Source of the DNA: Chiloscyllium plagiosum
Lineage: Eukaryota
Length of the DNA stretch: 64,000 bases
Direction: 5' to 3'
Assembly: GCF_004010195.1 (NCBI RefSeq)
Contig: NC_057757.1
Coordinates: 7,338,610-7,402,609, forward strand
In this document: one piece after another, positions 26,776 through 39,679 of the stretch
How positions within the stretch are numbered: position 1 is the stretch's first letter
How the letters are laid out: every line of letters begins with the position of its first letter
Made by a program: the position numbers and the translations under genes
The notes under the pieces: generated by a model
Database searches by the model: none
What the model was told of the DNA's origin: nothing
Seen by the model: only the letters and a program-made list of their open reading frames with translations

Positions 26776-28777
26776 AGCCTAAATCAGCTTTCTGGGCCTT
26801 GTCATTGGATATACAATGACACAGAATGCCAAAATAAAGGAAACTGGGGAGTTTACCGTGCTATTGACAAAAAGAGCAGTACTACGATTCCCGGGATTGA
26901 ATGGGTTTTATCGGAAATTCATAGCAAATACTCGCAGAGTTCCAGCTCCACTCAAGGAATTACTAAAGAAAGGCAAGATGTTTCAGTGGACAGCAGATTA
27001 TGGGAAGGCATATGACAGCCTGAAGGCCATGTTAACCATTGCCCCAGTATTAGCCACACCTAATTACACAAACCTATTCAAGATATCTATCGGTGTGAGT
27101 GATGTGGGTGTCGGTGCTGTGCTCCTATGGGAAGATGACGAGAAATCAAACATTCATCATTGGAAATAATTGAAAGTTGAGCTTGGTGTTGGCATTACAA
27201 CATTTCAATGCTTATGTTACCAGTAATGTATCTGCGACAATCATATGCATTGATAATAATCTATTGAAGTTTGTAGAGAAATTTAAAGACAAAATCTAGA
27301 CTTGTTGTTACAGCCATTCAATTTGACAATTGTGCATGTGGCAGGGTGGGAAAATGTGATTGCCATCACATTGTCGAGACCTGGGTGAGGAATGGAGACA
27401 TATGGTGGTCGGAGTAAAACAGACTGAGACAGCATGTAGTAGCGCATGTTTGCATATTTACAGTCAATGTAATGTCTATGTGTTGTAGAGCACTAACAGT
27501 GTAAGATTAATGGGTTTTAAAATGAAGCCGCCTTTGGATATTCATGCTTCATTTTTTTAAAGGAGGGGGAGACCTGGAACAATTCTGCTCACTTAACAAG
27601 GTTATGTTTTCCTTAGATCTTTTTCAGAAGGGTCACAAAGTCAGAGGTTCCGAGATGTCTGGGAATGTCTACTTGAGAAAGCTTTCAAGTCTTTCTCTTA
27701 AAGCCCTTGTACAATGAAAGGGGAGCGGCAAGTTCTCCTAGTTCAGGGTTTGGTTTGGTTTTAGCAAGCAGTCTGTTTGAGGCAGCTGGTCAAAGAAACA
27801 GCTTCATGCTGATCCTCTCTCTCTCTGATATCTCTCCCATAAGAATCTGTGTTTGATTTTACCTTGTTGGTTTGCCAAAAGGCTGGTAATGAGGATGTTG
27901 CAAGTATTTGGAGCAGCGTCATTATGTTGCGAGAGAGTCGACTGGGTTTTCAGGTAGGTTAAGTTTTTCTAAATTTGGTTGTCTTTTGTTCCTGTTCAAT
28001 TCAGTAGTCTCCAAATAAATTCTGTTTGATTTAAAACTGAGTGGCTGGGCCAGCTGTATCACTTCTGGAATATCCAGTCTGCACCTGCTGGTAAAAACTA
28101 GCAAAGTTAGGATCTGGGTGAACTCCTTCCAATGTATTGTGGGAGTCTGGCCTTGTCCATGACACATACAGCAGGTTCAAAGGGCTGATTTTCCTACTCT
28201 TGTTCCTGTGTTCTATAATTTAAGGACCAGCAGCATGCAGAACATGAACAGCAGAAAAGCACGAATCACAGATTGCAACCCCCTCTTCCTTCGTCTGAGG
28301 GTGTGGTGCTGGGGAGAGGGAACATGCGACTTAGTTGTAATTGACATTGTTTTCCTCCCTCCCTCACGACACAGAAAATGTGGTGTTCCAATAATAAGGA
28401 CTGTAACCTTTGCAGAAAATAGCTCAGAAAATAACCCTCTAAAGCATAATTCATGACGGACAATCAATAATCTTTTTGTTAGACATGCTTGCGTACTTTT
28501 CCCAGACATGGGTGAGCAAGATTGATTGGAGTTGTGCTTACAAACATCATGAACAGACAAATTTATGAAATAGGAGCAGGCGTATCCCATCACCCTCGAG
28601 CCTGCTCCACCATTTTATAGGATCATAGCTTATCAGTTTGTGGATCAAATTCTGCATTTACAATTGATCTTTCATTTCCTTTGCTGTCGAGAAACCATCT
28701 ACCTTTGTTCCAAAAAGATTAAATAACAAACCCCCAACCTCATGACTGCCTACGGATCAGATCCAAAGCCCTTTCAC

Positions 28778-29072
28778 AGTGGCACAGTGGTTAGCACTGC
28801 TGCCTCACAGCACCAGGGTCCTGGGTTCGATTCCCGCCTGTCTGTGTGGAGTTTGTCCATTCTCCCCGGGTCTGCGTGGGTTTCCTCCAGGTGCTCCGGC
28901 TTCCTCCCACAATCCAAAGATGGGCAGGTCAGGTAAATTGGCCATGCTAAATTGCCCACAGTGTTAGTCAGGAGTAAATATAGGGTAGGGGGTGGGTTTC
29001 TCTTCGGAGGGGCGGTGTGGACTTGTTGGGCCGAAGGGCCTGTTTCCACACTGGAGAGAATCTAATCTAATC
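28778..29072 (+). mobile_element. HE1-type SINE
   Basis: gtggcacagtggttag, ggttcgattcc, aatctaatctaatc tail. Confidence 0.9.
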
Positions 29073-29933
29073 ACAACTATAGAGAGAACAACTATTCTCC
29101 TCCTCTCTTATAAGGGCGAGCCCTAAGTTTAAAACAGTACCCCTGCTCTGCCTCACCCCCATTCTTCACTGGCCCACAAGAGGAAACATCCTTTTGGTGT
29201 ACACCTTGTTAAACTGTTTCAGATCTTACATACTTTGAGTGATTTGACACATTTTATATCTGATCAGATCGATGTCACAAAGTAATATTGGGGTCATTAA
29301 TTTCCTATTCCATTTATGAAGAGATGGAGAGTTGCTTTGGGATTTCCCGTCTGAAGAACAAGAGCTACGTGTTGACCACGTGTTCACTCCGACCTGCAGA
29401 GCCATTGATCAGAATCCCAGCTGGTATTCTGTTTCATTCCCAGTTGCTTGCCCAATGCCTGGAAGAGCCTGAAATTTGTAAATCCCACTTGCCCAATTCA
29501 ACCGTAAAGTCAGCGGGAAAAGGCAGAATAAACAGGAAATAATACCTATTTCAGGCAGCTTCGATTGGTAAAGCAAAACTTACACTTTCAGACTGATGCT
29601 CAGTTATCAGCAGATTTTTACACACGTTCATACTATCTCCTTATCTCGATTGAAAGTGAGTGGCCCCACTCCCATTAACTCCACAGTAGAGATTAACAGC
29701 TTTCTCCATTTTATTTTCTGTGAATTAAGTTGGAATCTGTTTGAGCTCTTCACTTATGCATTTGTGTTTTTGGAGATCAATTCACGAATCGTCCACAGAG
29801 CAAGTCTTCCAGTAAATGAACTTTATGGACAAACATAATTAGACTGGAGACTCTATGATGCTGACTACATACGGTTCTCGTGTTCTTAATAACAGAACCT
29901 GAAGTGGAAGTTAGTCTTCATAGTTCAAAGACT

Positions 29934-31252
29934 TCAATCTGTCCCATGATTTACCAATTTGTTGGAAGGGCTTTTCATCACATTCTTCAGCTCTCTCTGA
30001 ATCTGACCTGAATCACAGCGTAGATGCATGTGTTGGTGCAGCATCTTCGCTACATGATCTGTGATAAAGCCAGGGCCTGTGTAAGAGGAGTAACATTGAG
30101 TGTGTGTAATTCATGCATAAATATTGTACACAACCCGGGTCACCCACAGCAACACAAAACTGTCTGATATGCTGAATAGCAAAATGATGGACTTCCTTCG
30201 GCTCTCCGTCTCCACATTCTCTCCATTTCTTTGACCACTGAGACCCCTACGGTTTTGACTGCTCACTAAAATTCACCTGACAGCATATTGACCAGCAAGA
30301 TCAGAAAGAATGGCAAACGAGGGGCTAAAATGTAGCTAATCATTCGAATACACCTCATGCAAGGGAAGTGAAGTAACTGGTTTTGTGGGTGCAACTTAAT
30401 GCAATATTCTCAATGATGTAAAGTGGCTCATATATAAACTCCAGGGATCCCAGCAAAGTCACATTCCCCAGAAATATTGCTGCAGTCTTCTCAGTCCAAA
30501 CCTTCTCATAGCAAATGGCTATAAATTGGTCAATGGTGAATGTGACTGTGGGCCAGACAGAAACCACTGTGGTGGCTGACCCCAAGGTAGAAAAAAAAGA
30601 CAGCAAATATTTGTCATTCTCATGAATGAACATGGTAAATAAATTGGAACAGTGATCCACAGTATGGCATCAAAGACAACGACAAGGAGATAGGCCATAG
30701 CCATTCCAGTCAGGTAAAGAGTCACACATTTGGAGAGATCACACTTTTCTTGGGATAGGATGACAATCACCACCAGGTTAACTGTGAGGGAAGAGAGTGA
30801 AATCGAAGCGAATATTTACAGATCATGCCCAGAGTCAAAGAATAACGTGACAGAACTAAAGCAAACTTTGCAGCTTTGTTGTTGCATGACAGGTGTAAAC
30901 TGAAATATTGAGTGCTTTCTGACAAATACTTGCTTGAACCACAATTAGGAATAACATGTGTTGGAATACATAACACAGGAATTGCAAAACGCATGCAGGT
31001 TTATGGTGCATCTTTATGGGTAAAATGAATTTCCTACAAGAGTGAAGGAGCAGACATAATCACAGCACTTAACTATCAGAATACTACCAGTATTTGTTTA
31101 AACTGCACAGTGATAAATAATTAGTCTTAAATAGCACTGTTAACATCAACTTTCACCAGGAACACTTGAAATAACAGCTTACCAGTAACGCTAATGGCTG
31201 AAATAAAAGGAAAGAAAATATCTTGTATTTGCCATACAATTGGATATGCCAT
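29934..31252 (-). pseudogene. GPR139/GPR142-like GPCR pseudogene, copy 2 (exon 1 31183-31252, exon 2 about 29934-30781)
   Basis: Exon 1 MAYPIVWQIQDIFFPFISAISVT G|GTAAG; acceptor ctcacag|TTAACCTG; exon 2 is broken into frameshifted pieces (YLTGMAMAYLL, TFTIDQFIAIC, CCTNTCIYA). Confidence 0.85.
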
Positions 31253-32464
31253 TTTTGCAAGTAGCAACAACTTGTGTTGTTCTGGGGGCACACAGACCTG
31301 GCAGGAACTGTGAACTAGTGCATTCTAATAGATCCTGATTTATGCAGAGGTTAAGTCCCCAGTGACATAGTTACACCTGACATCGCTATTAGTTACACTA
31401 ACTGGAACAGACACATGGCATCAACAGCTCTGACTATGAGGTGAATAACGTGTTGGACAAAACATATACATCTCAACAGTCAGGACCATATCTTAGTTCC
31501 ACCATAACACAATGATGCTAGAATGTGTGTGTAGAGAAAACTGATCTCACTAATAATGAACAGCTTCATTCACAGTTTGCCCATAAACCACGATCCTTCC
31601 TGCTTCAGTTAAATGAATTGTTGCTGCTCTGCAAGTTAGATTGAATCCAGCAATAAAGATTCATCCCATTTTGGAGATTGACATTAAAACCACGCACTTT
31701 AATTATCTAAGGACATTGGTGTCTGTCCATTCATTTGAGGGCAATGTTCACTTAACTGAGCTACAGATGTTTGGCTACATGGAGGAGGATGTCACATGCA
31801 TTGGTAGGATCTAGAAGTCAGTCTTTACTCTGCCTAGGACTTATTCACCAGGTGAAAAATTGCTGATGTCTAAATCCTAACTCTGAAACCCAAATCCACT
31901 GCCAATACATGATATTTGCGTGCAATTATTCAATTAATGCTCTACTACTCTAACCTTAACCCTAACACCAACTCTACACTGATGTCTGATTTGTACAATT
32001 AACACAGAAATGGAGCGTGCACTTTCCTTCTCTGTCACTTCAATAATGTATTGGAATCAAGGTTCAGTGTAATCTGAGCAGCAGATTTTTGCCACTTTGA
32101 TTTTTTTGAATTCTTGGACTTGGGCACGGCTGAATGGGTGCCCAATAAGTTATCATTATCCCTAAATGCCCTTTGAGAATGTGCTGGTGAGCTACTTTCT
32201 TGAACTAGTGCAGTCCATGTGCTGTAGGTAGAGCCACAATGCCATAAGGGAGGGACGTTTATGGCTTGGACCAGTAACACAGAAGGAATGGCTTTCAGTG
32301 TGGTAGCAACATTGAATGTCAAGGGGCAGTGGTTGGATGGACTGCTATTGGAGATGGTCATTGCCTGGCTTGTGGCGTATATACTAGTTTCCACCTCTTA
32401 GCCTAAATCAAAATGTGTGGCGCTGGAAAAGCACAACCAGTCAGGCAGCATCCGAGAAGGGGCA

Positions 32465-32497
32465 GAGTCGACGTTTCGGGCATAAGCCCTTCATCAG
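32465..32497 (-). ncRNA. minimal hammerhead ribozyme motif (Penelope-type)
   Basis: CUGAUGA-A-GGGC-UUAU-GCCC-GAAAC-GUC with intact core and stem II. Confidence 0.7.
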
Positions 32498-32934
32498 GAA
32501 TGTTGGGAGCTGGGGGCAAGGGTGGCTGAGAGATAAATGGGAGGTGAGTGGGGCTGGGGGAAGGTAGCTAGGAAGGCAAGACGTAGATGAAGGTGGGGAG
32601 TGCTGGTGATAGCTTGGAGCCGATAGTTCGGAAGGAAGATGGACAGGTAGGACAGTTCAAGAGGGCAGTGTCGAGTTGGATGGTTAGATCTGGGATAAGG
32701 TGGGGGGAAGGGGATATGAGGAAACTGGTGAAATCGACATTGATTCTGTGTGGTTGGAGGGTCCCAAGGTGGAAGATGAGGTGCTCTTCATCCAGGCATT
32801 GGGTGGCTAGGATTTGGTGGTGGAGGAGCTGTAGGACGTGGTAAAAACAATGACTGCAGATGCTGGAAACCAGAGTCTAGATTAGAGTGGTGCTGGAAAA
32901 GCACAGCAGTTCAGGCAGCATCCGAGGAGCAGTA

Positions 32935-32967
32935 AAATCGACGTTTCGGGCAAAAGCCCTTCATCAG
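32935..32967 (-). ncRNA. minimal hammerhead ribozyme motif, in a nested insertion about 32842-32970
   Basis: CUGAUGA-A-GGGC-UUUU-GCCC-GAAAC-GUC; GTAGGAC repeated on both flanks. Confidence 0.7.
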
Positions 32968-33815
32968 AAGGCGTAGGACTTGCATATCCTTGATGGAGTG
33001 AGGGGGGAGTTGAAGCAGTTGGCCGCAGGGTGGTGGAGTTGTTTGGTGCATGTGTCCCAGAGATGTTCTCAGAAATGTTCTGCGAGTTGATGTCTTGTCT
33101 CCCCAATGTAGAGGAGGCCACATCGAGAGCAACAGACACAGTTTATGAGGTGTTCAGATGTACAGGAAAGTCTCTGTCATATGTGGAAGGATCCTTGAGG
33201 CATTGGATGGCGATGAAGAGGGAGGTGTGGGCGCAGGTTTTACACTTCTTGCAGTGGAAAGGTAAAGTGTCGGGAGTGGAGGGTGGGTTGGTGGGTGGGG
33301 TGTGGTCCTAACGAGGGAATCACAGATATAATGGTCTCTGTGTAATGCGAAAAGGGGTGAAGACGAAAATATACCTCTGGCGATTGTAGGTGGCAGAAAT
33401 AGCAAAGGATGATGTTCTGTATCTGGTGGGCTGGTGAGGTGGAAGGTGAGGACTAGCGCTGTTGTTTACATCTTGGTTGCAGTAGGAAGGGTGGGGTTCA
33501 AGGGTGGAGGTGTAGGAAGTGGATGAGATGTGCTGGAGGGCATTGTTGATCACTTGGGAGGGAAAATTGCAGTCCTCGTAGTAGGATGCCATCTTAGATG
33601 TTCTAGAGTGGAATTGCTCCTCCTGGGAGCCGATATGGTGGAGGCAGAGGAATTGGGAGTAAGGGATATCATTTTTACAGGAGGGGGCGTGGGAGGAACT
33701 GTAGTTCAGATAGCTGTGGGAATCGGTGGCTTTAAAGTAGATGCCTGTGTTGAGCTGGTCTCCAGAAATGACAATGGAGAAGCACAGGAAGGGGGAGGGA
33801 AGTGTCTGGGATGGT

Positions 33816-34480
33816 CCAGGTGGACCATCCTGGATTTTGTCCAGAAGTTGTTGCAAAATACATGGACTGCTTCAGTATCTGAGGAGTTGTGAATGATGCT
33901 GAATCTTGTGCAATCATCATCAAACGACCCCGCTTCTGAACTTATGATCGACAGTGATTCATTGATGAAGCAGCTAAAGACGGGCAAGCCTACAACATTC
34001 CCCTGATGATCTCCTGCAGAGGTGTTCTGGAGCTGAGATAACTGGCCTTTAACAACCTCAAACCATCTTCCTATGTGCCAGATATGACTCCACCCAGTGG
34101 AGAGTTTTCCTCCTGATTGACTCCAGTTTTCCTTGGGCTCTTGTTGCCATACTCGGTCCAATACGACCTTGAGATCAAGAGCAGTCACTCTCATCTCACT
34201 CCCCATTAGTCAGTTCAGTGCATTTGTGCATTTGTGACCCAAAGCTGTAACGAGGTCAGGAGCAGACTGGTCCTGTAGGAACCCAATCTGGGCAGGTTAT
34301 GATTGAGTTGTTGCTTGATAGTACAGTTGATGACACTTTCTGTCACTTCATTCATAATTGAGAGTTAACTGATGGGGTAATAGTTGGCTGGGTTAGATTT
34401 CCTTACCTTTCATGTATGGGACATAGCTAGGCAATTTACTACTTTTATAGTTAGATGCCATTGTTGTACTGGAACACCTT
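33816..34480 (-). mobile_element. decayed CR1/L2-group LINE RT fragment
   Basis: ORF 33706..34206 ALDLKVVLDRVW...GLPVFSCFIN...FDDDCT. Confidence 0.7.
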
Positions 34481-34579
34481 GATTGTAACGTGTTGCTTAT
34501 TCTGTTTGTATTTTTAACCCTGTTTTGTTATTTCACCAGAGTATTGATTATTTGCCAGCTCTTCCCAGTCATGGACAAG

Positions 34580-35112
34580 TCAAGGTCATCAGTATGGGTT
34601 TGTTAAGGGAAAGTCAAGCCTTACGAGTTAGATTTCAAACTTTGAGGCAGTGACAAGGATATTGATGAGGGTAGTGCCATGGATGTTGTCCACGTGGAAT
34701 TTAGTGATGTCTTTGGCAAAGTCCCACATGGCAGACTAGTCAAAAATGTCAAAGCCCCAAATGGGACAAATTGGATCCAAAGTTGGCTCAGTAATAGGAT
34801 AGGAGAAAGTGAGGACTGCAGATGCTGGAGATCAGAGCTGAAAATGTGTTGCTGGAAAAGCGCAGCAGGTCAGGCAGCATCCAAGGAGCAGGAGAATCGA
34901 CGTTTCGGGCATGAGCCCTTCTTCAGGAATTCCTGAAGAAGGGCTCATGCCCGAAATGTCGATTCTCCTGCTCCTTGGATGCTGCCTGACCTGCTGCACT
35001 TTTCCAGCAACACATTTTCAGCTCAGTAATAGGATACAAAGGGGAGTCAATGGCTGCACTTGCGAATGGAGACCTGTCTAGAAAGTGTTCTGCAGGGCTT
35101 GGAGTTGGGTTT
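34580..35112 (+). mobile_element. decayed CR1 RT fragment, interrupted at 34802-35020
   Basis: MDVVHVEFSDVFGKVPHGRL..WIQSWLSNR. Confidence 0.7.
34802..35020. mobile_element. young palindromic Penelope-derived insertion with two back-to-back hammerhead motifs
   Basis: 16-bp TSD GCTCAGTAATAGGATA at 34786-34801 and 35021-35036; about 94-bp inverted arms centred on GGAA|TTCC (34929/34930). Confidence 0.9.
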
Positions 35113-35929
35113 CAAGGAGAGTTTTAGTGTCTTTAAGTTATTTTTATTATCTTCCCCTGATGGAAAAAAAAACACGTACATCTAAATACATTATGGGTTT
35201 ATGCCACGCTATGAATTTGGGTTCAAGACAGAGGCAGAAGAAGGGAAATTCGAGAACTGTTTGAATTAAAGATGAAATGATGGTTTAAATAACATAACCA
35301 ATTGATTCGATAATGGGAAACAGGACTGGTGTATTGCGATGTTATCATGCAGCAGGTTGGATGCACTGTTACTCCGAAAGCTTATGCGTAGTAGAGTTCA
35401 GAGGAGCTTTAAAGTTTGTGTTGATAATTTAAAATCCAGAGTTGCACTGAACTGATTTTGGTTTCTTTTTGCTCATAGACTTGTGGAAACCAAAAAAAGT
35501 GGATTATGGAATGTCAAAAAGGACTTGAGCAGGTGGTTCAGGATGGAACTGACAGGAGTATGCAAGAGACAAAGCAGGCAGAACAATGATTGAAAGCAGC
35601 TAACATCGGTGTGCCCTCAATATCAATGCTGCAAAAGCTTAGCTCCAAACAAGCTGATCCAAATTGCAGGAATTGAGATTGAGGATGGGACACTGAGCCT
35701 CACTGGCTGTGAGCTGAGAAGGAATTTCCCTGCAAGCTTGAAATCCCTTTTCTGTTATAAGCAATCATCGAACTAAAATGTGCTGCTGTATTTTGCTGGG
35801 CAAAGGAAGTCGCTAGCATAGACATTACAGTTTTTATTTTCCGCTCTCAGGCATGGAGAATGAGCTATTTATCAATGATTTTCTTTTTCCTTCTCTTACC
35901 TTTTATATACCGAACAAATACTCTTGCAA

Positions 35930-36990
35930 CCTATTTTATTATGAGCTCCCTTACTCTCATATTTCATTTTCTCCTATCTTATTGCTTTTCTAAATTATCT
36001 TCTGTTGGTTTTTAAAGGCTTCGCAAGCCTCTGCCTTCCCATTGATCGTCACCATATTGTATGCTTTTTCTTTTGCTATTACGCTGATCCTCATCCCTTA
36101 TGTTTGCCTCATCCGCCCCTTGATATGTTTCTTCTTTCTTGGGATAAATTTGTGTTGGTGGTGCTTCCTAAATTACTCACAGAAACTCCCTGCCATTAAT
36201 ACTCCACCTTCTTCGCTACTCGGCTCCCCTTCCCATCAATTCGTGTCTTTCTAGCTACCTTTACTTAATTGCCATTGCATTACATCTGATTCAAGATTGT
36301 CCCTCTCAGTCTGCATGGTGAATTCTACCATGTTATGGTCAACGCCCTCCGGAGGTTGGAGTGGTGTAGGAGGGGGTGTGGGTATGGGGGTTTGAGTTCC
36401 TTTACCTTCAACTCCCTAACCATATCTGCATATGACATGATGTTCAGTCCAGAGTTCCACGTGCCATGTTCCTTGTTCCACCACAAGCTGCTCCAAAAAG
36501 AAGTCATAGACATTCCACGAATTCCACAAATTTGCGATAAACTGTCAAACTGATTTTCCCTGTCCACCCTGTGTACTGAAGTCCCCATGATCACGGTGCT
36601 ACTCCCTTACTTACCTGCCTTTCTAACTTCATATTTATTTTCATCCCTACATCCTGACTGCTGCTGGGAGGCCTGTACACCACTCCCATCAGGGGCATTT
36701 CTCCACCGTGGTTCCTCAATTCAGCCCACAAAGATTCTAACCTATCTGACTCCATATCACTTCTTACTGATATAACATCACCTTTTAGTAACAAGGCAAT
36801 GCTGCACCCTCTGCCCTGTCCTCCCAATAATATGGATGTCCTTGAAAATTTCCTTCCCAGCCCAGATTCCCTTGCAGCCACATTTCTGGGATACCCACAG
36901 CATTGCCCCACCCAATTCCAATCTGTGCTACAGTCTCATTTTCCTTGCTTTGTGTGCCGTATGCATTTAAGGGCAACAGCCTCATTCCTG
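35930..36990 (-). mobile_element. old CR1 ORF2 endonuclease region
   Basis: ESLWAELRN..LMGVVYRPPSS (36591..36911) and LLPLNAYGTQSK..EMWLQ. Confidence 0.65.
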
Positions 36991-37969
36991 TGTTGACTAC
37001 GCCCCTTCTCTTGTTGTCCCCTTGTCTGCTGTCCCTGGAGTTTATTCTGTGTCCTAACACCTGTTCTGGAAATGCTCCTAAACTCTGCTGAGCACTCCAG
37101 CCTCGAACATTTTCCATAATGTTCCATGCAAAAGAAGCGCCCTTCCCATTACTATTTAGCTTCAAGCCTAATCCACAGATAAAGTGATGTGATTCGCATG
37201 GACTCTGTTTCCAGCATGATTCAGGATAAGCTTTTAGCTCAAATGGGTGAGCACCTGATGAAAGGCTACGGGCCTCACTCTTTACATAGGACTCATGAAG
37301 ATAATAGTGTATTTCTGGTAGTGTGGACTTGATGGGCTGAAGCGTCTCTTTTGTGCTGCATGATTCAATAATCTCAATCCTAAATGTCATCCTCCTTATT
37401 TTTAGAAGGTGCTCCCTGGTTGTAGACTCCTGAAGCAGGTAAAACATCATTACCCTGCATTCACTCGACATCCTCCGCCTGGTCTATTTCTTGAACCAGT
37501 TTGGAACTTTCCCTGAAATTATCTCACATTCACAAAACTTGAGAAAATACAGACTTGGTTTATACAAATTCCCTTCGTAGGACAGTCTCACCATCCCAGG
37601 AATAATTCTGGCGAACGAAAAAGTGAAAAGTCAAGATTGAAGGGATTACTTACCCTTGTCTCAGTCACATCACAAATCACTTGCAGTTTTGGCAAGTTAA
37701 TACGAGTGGGGTGTAAACGTGAAGGGTTTGGGGCATTGATACACACGTTCCAGGTGGGATTTGAGAGGGGAAAATGCCCTCTGATAATCTGAGGGACACT
37801 GAAGATGTGGTCATACATTGGAGTGGCAAAACTGGTAATAAATCATTTTCATAGAATAACAGGAGAGAGAGGCAAAAAGTAAAGAGGAGATTTATTGACA
37901 AAATCTGCAAAGATGTGGATGATGAAGAGATTTATTTGCATTTATTTGTGAAAATGCCAATCAATTGCG

Positions 37970-38290
37970 AGTGGCACAATGGTTCAGTGATGTGCGCTGC
38001 TGCATCAGCAGACCAAAGACCCAGGTTCGATTCCACTTGAGGTGACTGTATCAGTATAGGTTTTGCATTCTCCCTGTATCTGCGTGTGTTTCCTCCCACA
38101 GTCCAATGATGAAAGGATTGATGAATTGGCCATGTTTAAGTTGCCCTTGGTGTCCAGGAATGTATAGGTTGGGTTGCAGAGGTCATGGGAGGTGTAGGGT
38201 TATTGAGTAAGAGGATAGGTCTGGTTGGGATGCTCTTCAGCATGTTGGTAGTTTGAATGGCTTGCTAACACTCTGTAGGGTGTCTATGGT
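37970..38290 (+). mobile_element. decayed HE1-type SINE
   Basis: gtggcacaatggttc, ggttcgattcc, tttcctcccacagtcca. Confidence 0.7.
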
Positions 38291-38768
38291 AATCTTTAGC
38301 TCTGCATCTGTGTGTTTCCTGTGCTTAGACCAGGCTTGATCCCTCACTCAGTGTGCCATTATCCTGCCTAAGACTCTTGACCCTGTCCAGATATCAACCC
38401 ACCCCCTCAACTCCCTCAGGGTTGAGGAAATGTAGAAAGCAGACTGATCCAAATGTATCAAAGACATTATTGATAAACATCAAATTACACAAGAACATTT
38501 CCAGTCTCTGCATGATTTTGATTTCTGATGGGAAAGTATATTTCTTCATTGACTCGACCTGGAAATTCAAACAGTGCAGGTGGGGTAGAGATTGTGGGTG
38601 CTGTTCCTTTTTTCTCTCCAGCAGGGGTCATCATGCTCTCATTTCCATTCAGTCCTCCAGCCAACACCTCTTGTCCAATGGCACACTGCTCTTTCACTTG
38701 TGTCTATTGGAAATCTGGGACATTCAAGGACTGGAAAAAAGAAAGTGGCCCCCACCTCTGGGTGCATC

Positions 38769-39679
38769 TCAGTTATTTTGCTTATTAAGTAACTGAATGA
38801 TCAATGTAACTGGATATTTCATCGCGCTTTCCAGCTGCTCTCTGAACCTTGACTGTGTGACTGCATAAATGAATGTGTTTGTGCAGCAACTCATATTCCG
38901 CAGCATAAACCCAACTTGTTGAAGTATATATTCAGAATCATTGTAATCTCCGGGATAAGTTCCTGTTTTGATATAGTATAAGAAATCTATGATATTTACC
39001 AACCAAAGAAGGATGAAGCTACCAGAAATGGTGAACAGTAAAATGATAGACTTCCTTCTACTCTCTATCTCTGGGTCTCTTTGATCCTCTGCCATGCTCC
39101 GACCCCTCAGTCCCTTACGGATCCGATTGGTCACTAAAATGTGTCTGATGGTCAAACAGTTGAATAACAAAATCAAAGCGAATGCGAGAAATGGGGTTAA
39201 AATTGTATCAAACCAGTCAAAACCCAGCCACCCAGGGTCTGTATAATAACTTGACTTTGGGTGACAGTCCCAGGATACATTATTGATTATCCATCCAGGT
39301 TGAAGGATAAAGTAGAATGGGACATTTTTTAAACAGAGTATGGTGCAGGTTGTTGCTAGAACCACAGTTGCAATTTTCCTAGTACAATATTTTCTTTTCA
39401 GTTTCTGGCAACAAATGGCCACAAATCTATCAGAGGAGAAAGTGACGGTGAACCAGACAGAATAGTCTGTCGCTGCTCGATACAGGGCATAAGTAACGCT
39501 ACACACAGGGGTGAGGTCCAGGAAGGTTCCCAGGAAATAATAGTATTTCATCCGCCGCAGTATGACCTCAGTGATCATGACTAGGAGATCTGCCATTGCC
39601 ATGGCCACCAGATAGCGAGTGGTGCAGATTGAGAGGCCACATGTTCGCCTGGACAGGATCACAACTGCAATCAAATTAA
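38769..39679 (-). CDS. GPR139/GPR142-like GPCR, copy 3, exon 2 (spliced protein 325 aa)
   Basis: Acceptor ttccttgcag|TTAATTTG; ORF contains YLVAMAMADLL, TFSSDRFVAIC and CCTNTFIYA; the first ~38 aa of the track ORF 38769..39794 are intronic. Confidence 0.92.

Larger units (their letters stand above)
21310..28164 (+). mobile_element. decayed Gmr1-type Gypsy LTR retrotransposon, copy B; 5' LTR to 21920, PBS, PPT, 3' LTR about 27573-28164; RT core deleted
   Basis: Colinear with copy A; integrase IDCIGPLPKAKSGNQYLLTIMD (24930..25208) precedes RT WTSPIVMVPKSDG..CLDYHKVN (26088..) and RNaseH (26816..27169); LTR ends gtccataaca / gtccatgaca; PPT aaaggagggggaga at 27559-27572. Confidence 0.9.
32410..33815 (-). 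mobile_element. 5'-truncated Penelope-like retroelement (RT thumb + GIY-YIG endonuclease + 3' repeat with hammerhead)
   Basis: ORF 33320..33856 IYFKATDSHSYLNYSSSHAPSCK..IPYSQF; minus strand near 33070-33150 translates as CVCCSRCGLLYIGETRHQLAEHF*EH. Confidence 0.85.

Noticed and set aside
36785..37471. 228-aa minus-strand ORF, partly duplicated at 61286-61528
   Set aside because: Its 3' part is decayed CR1 endonuclease, and the paralog does not keep the long frame
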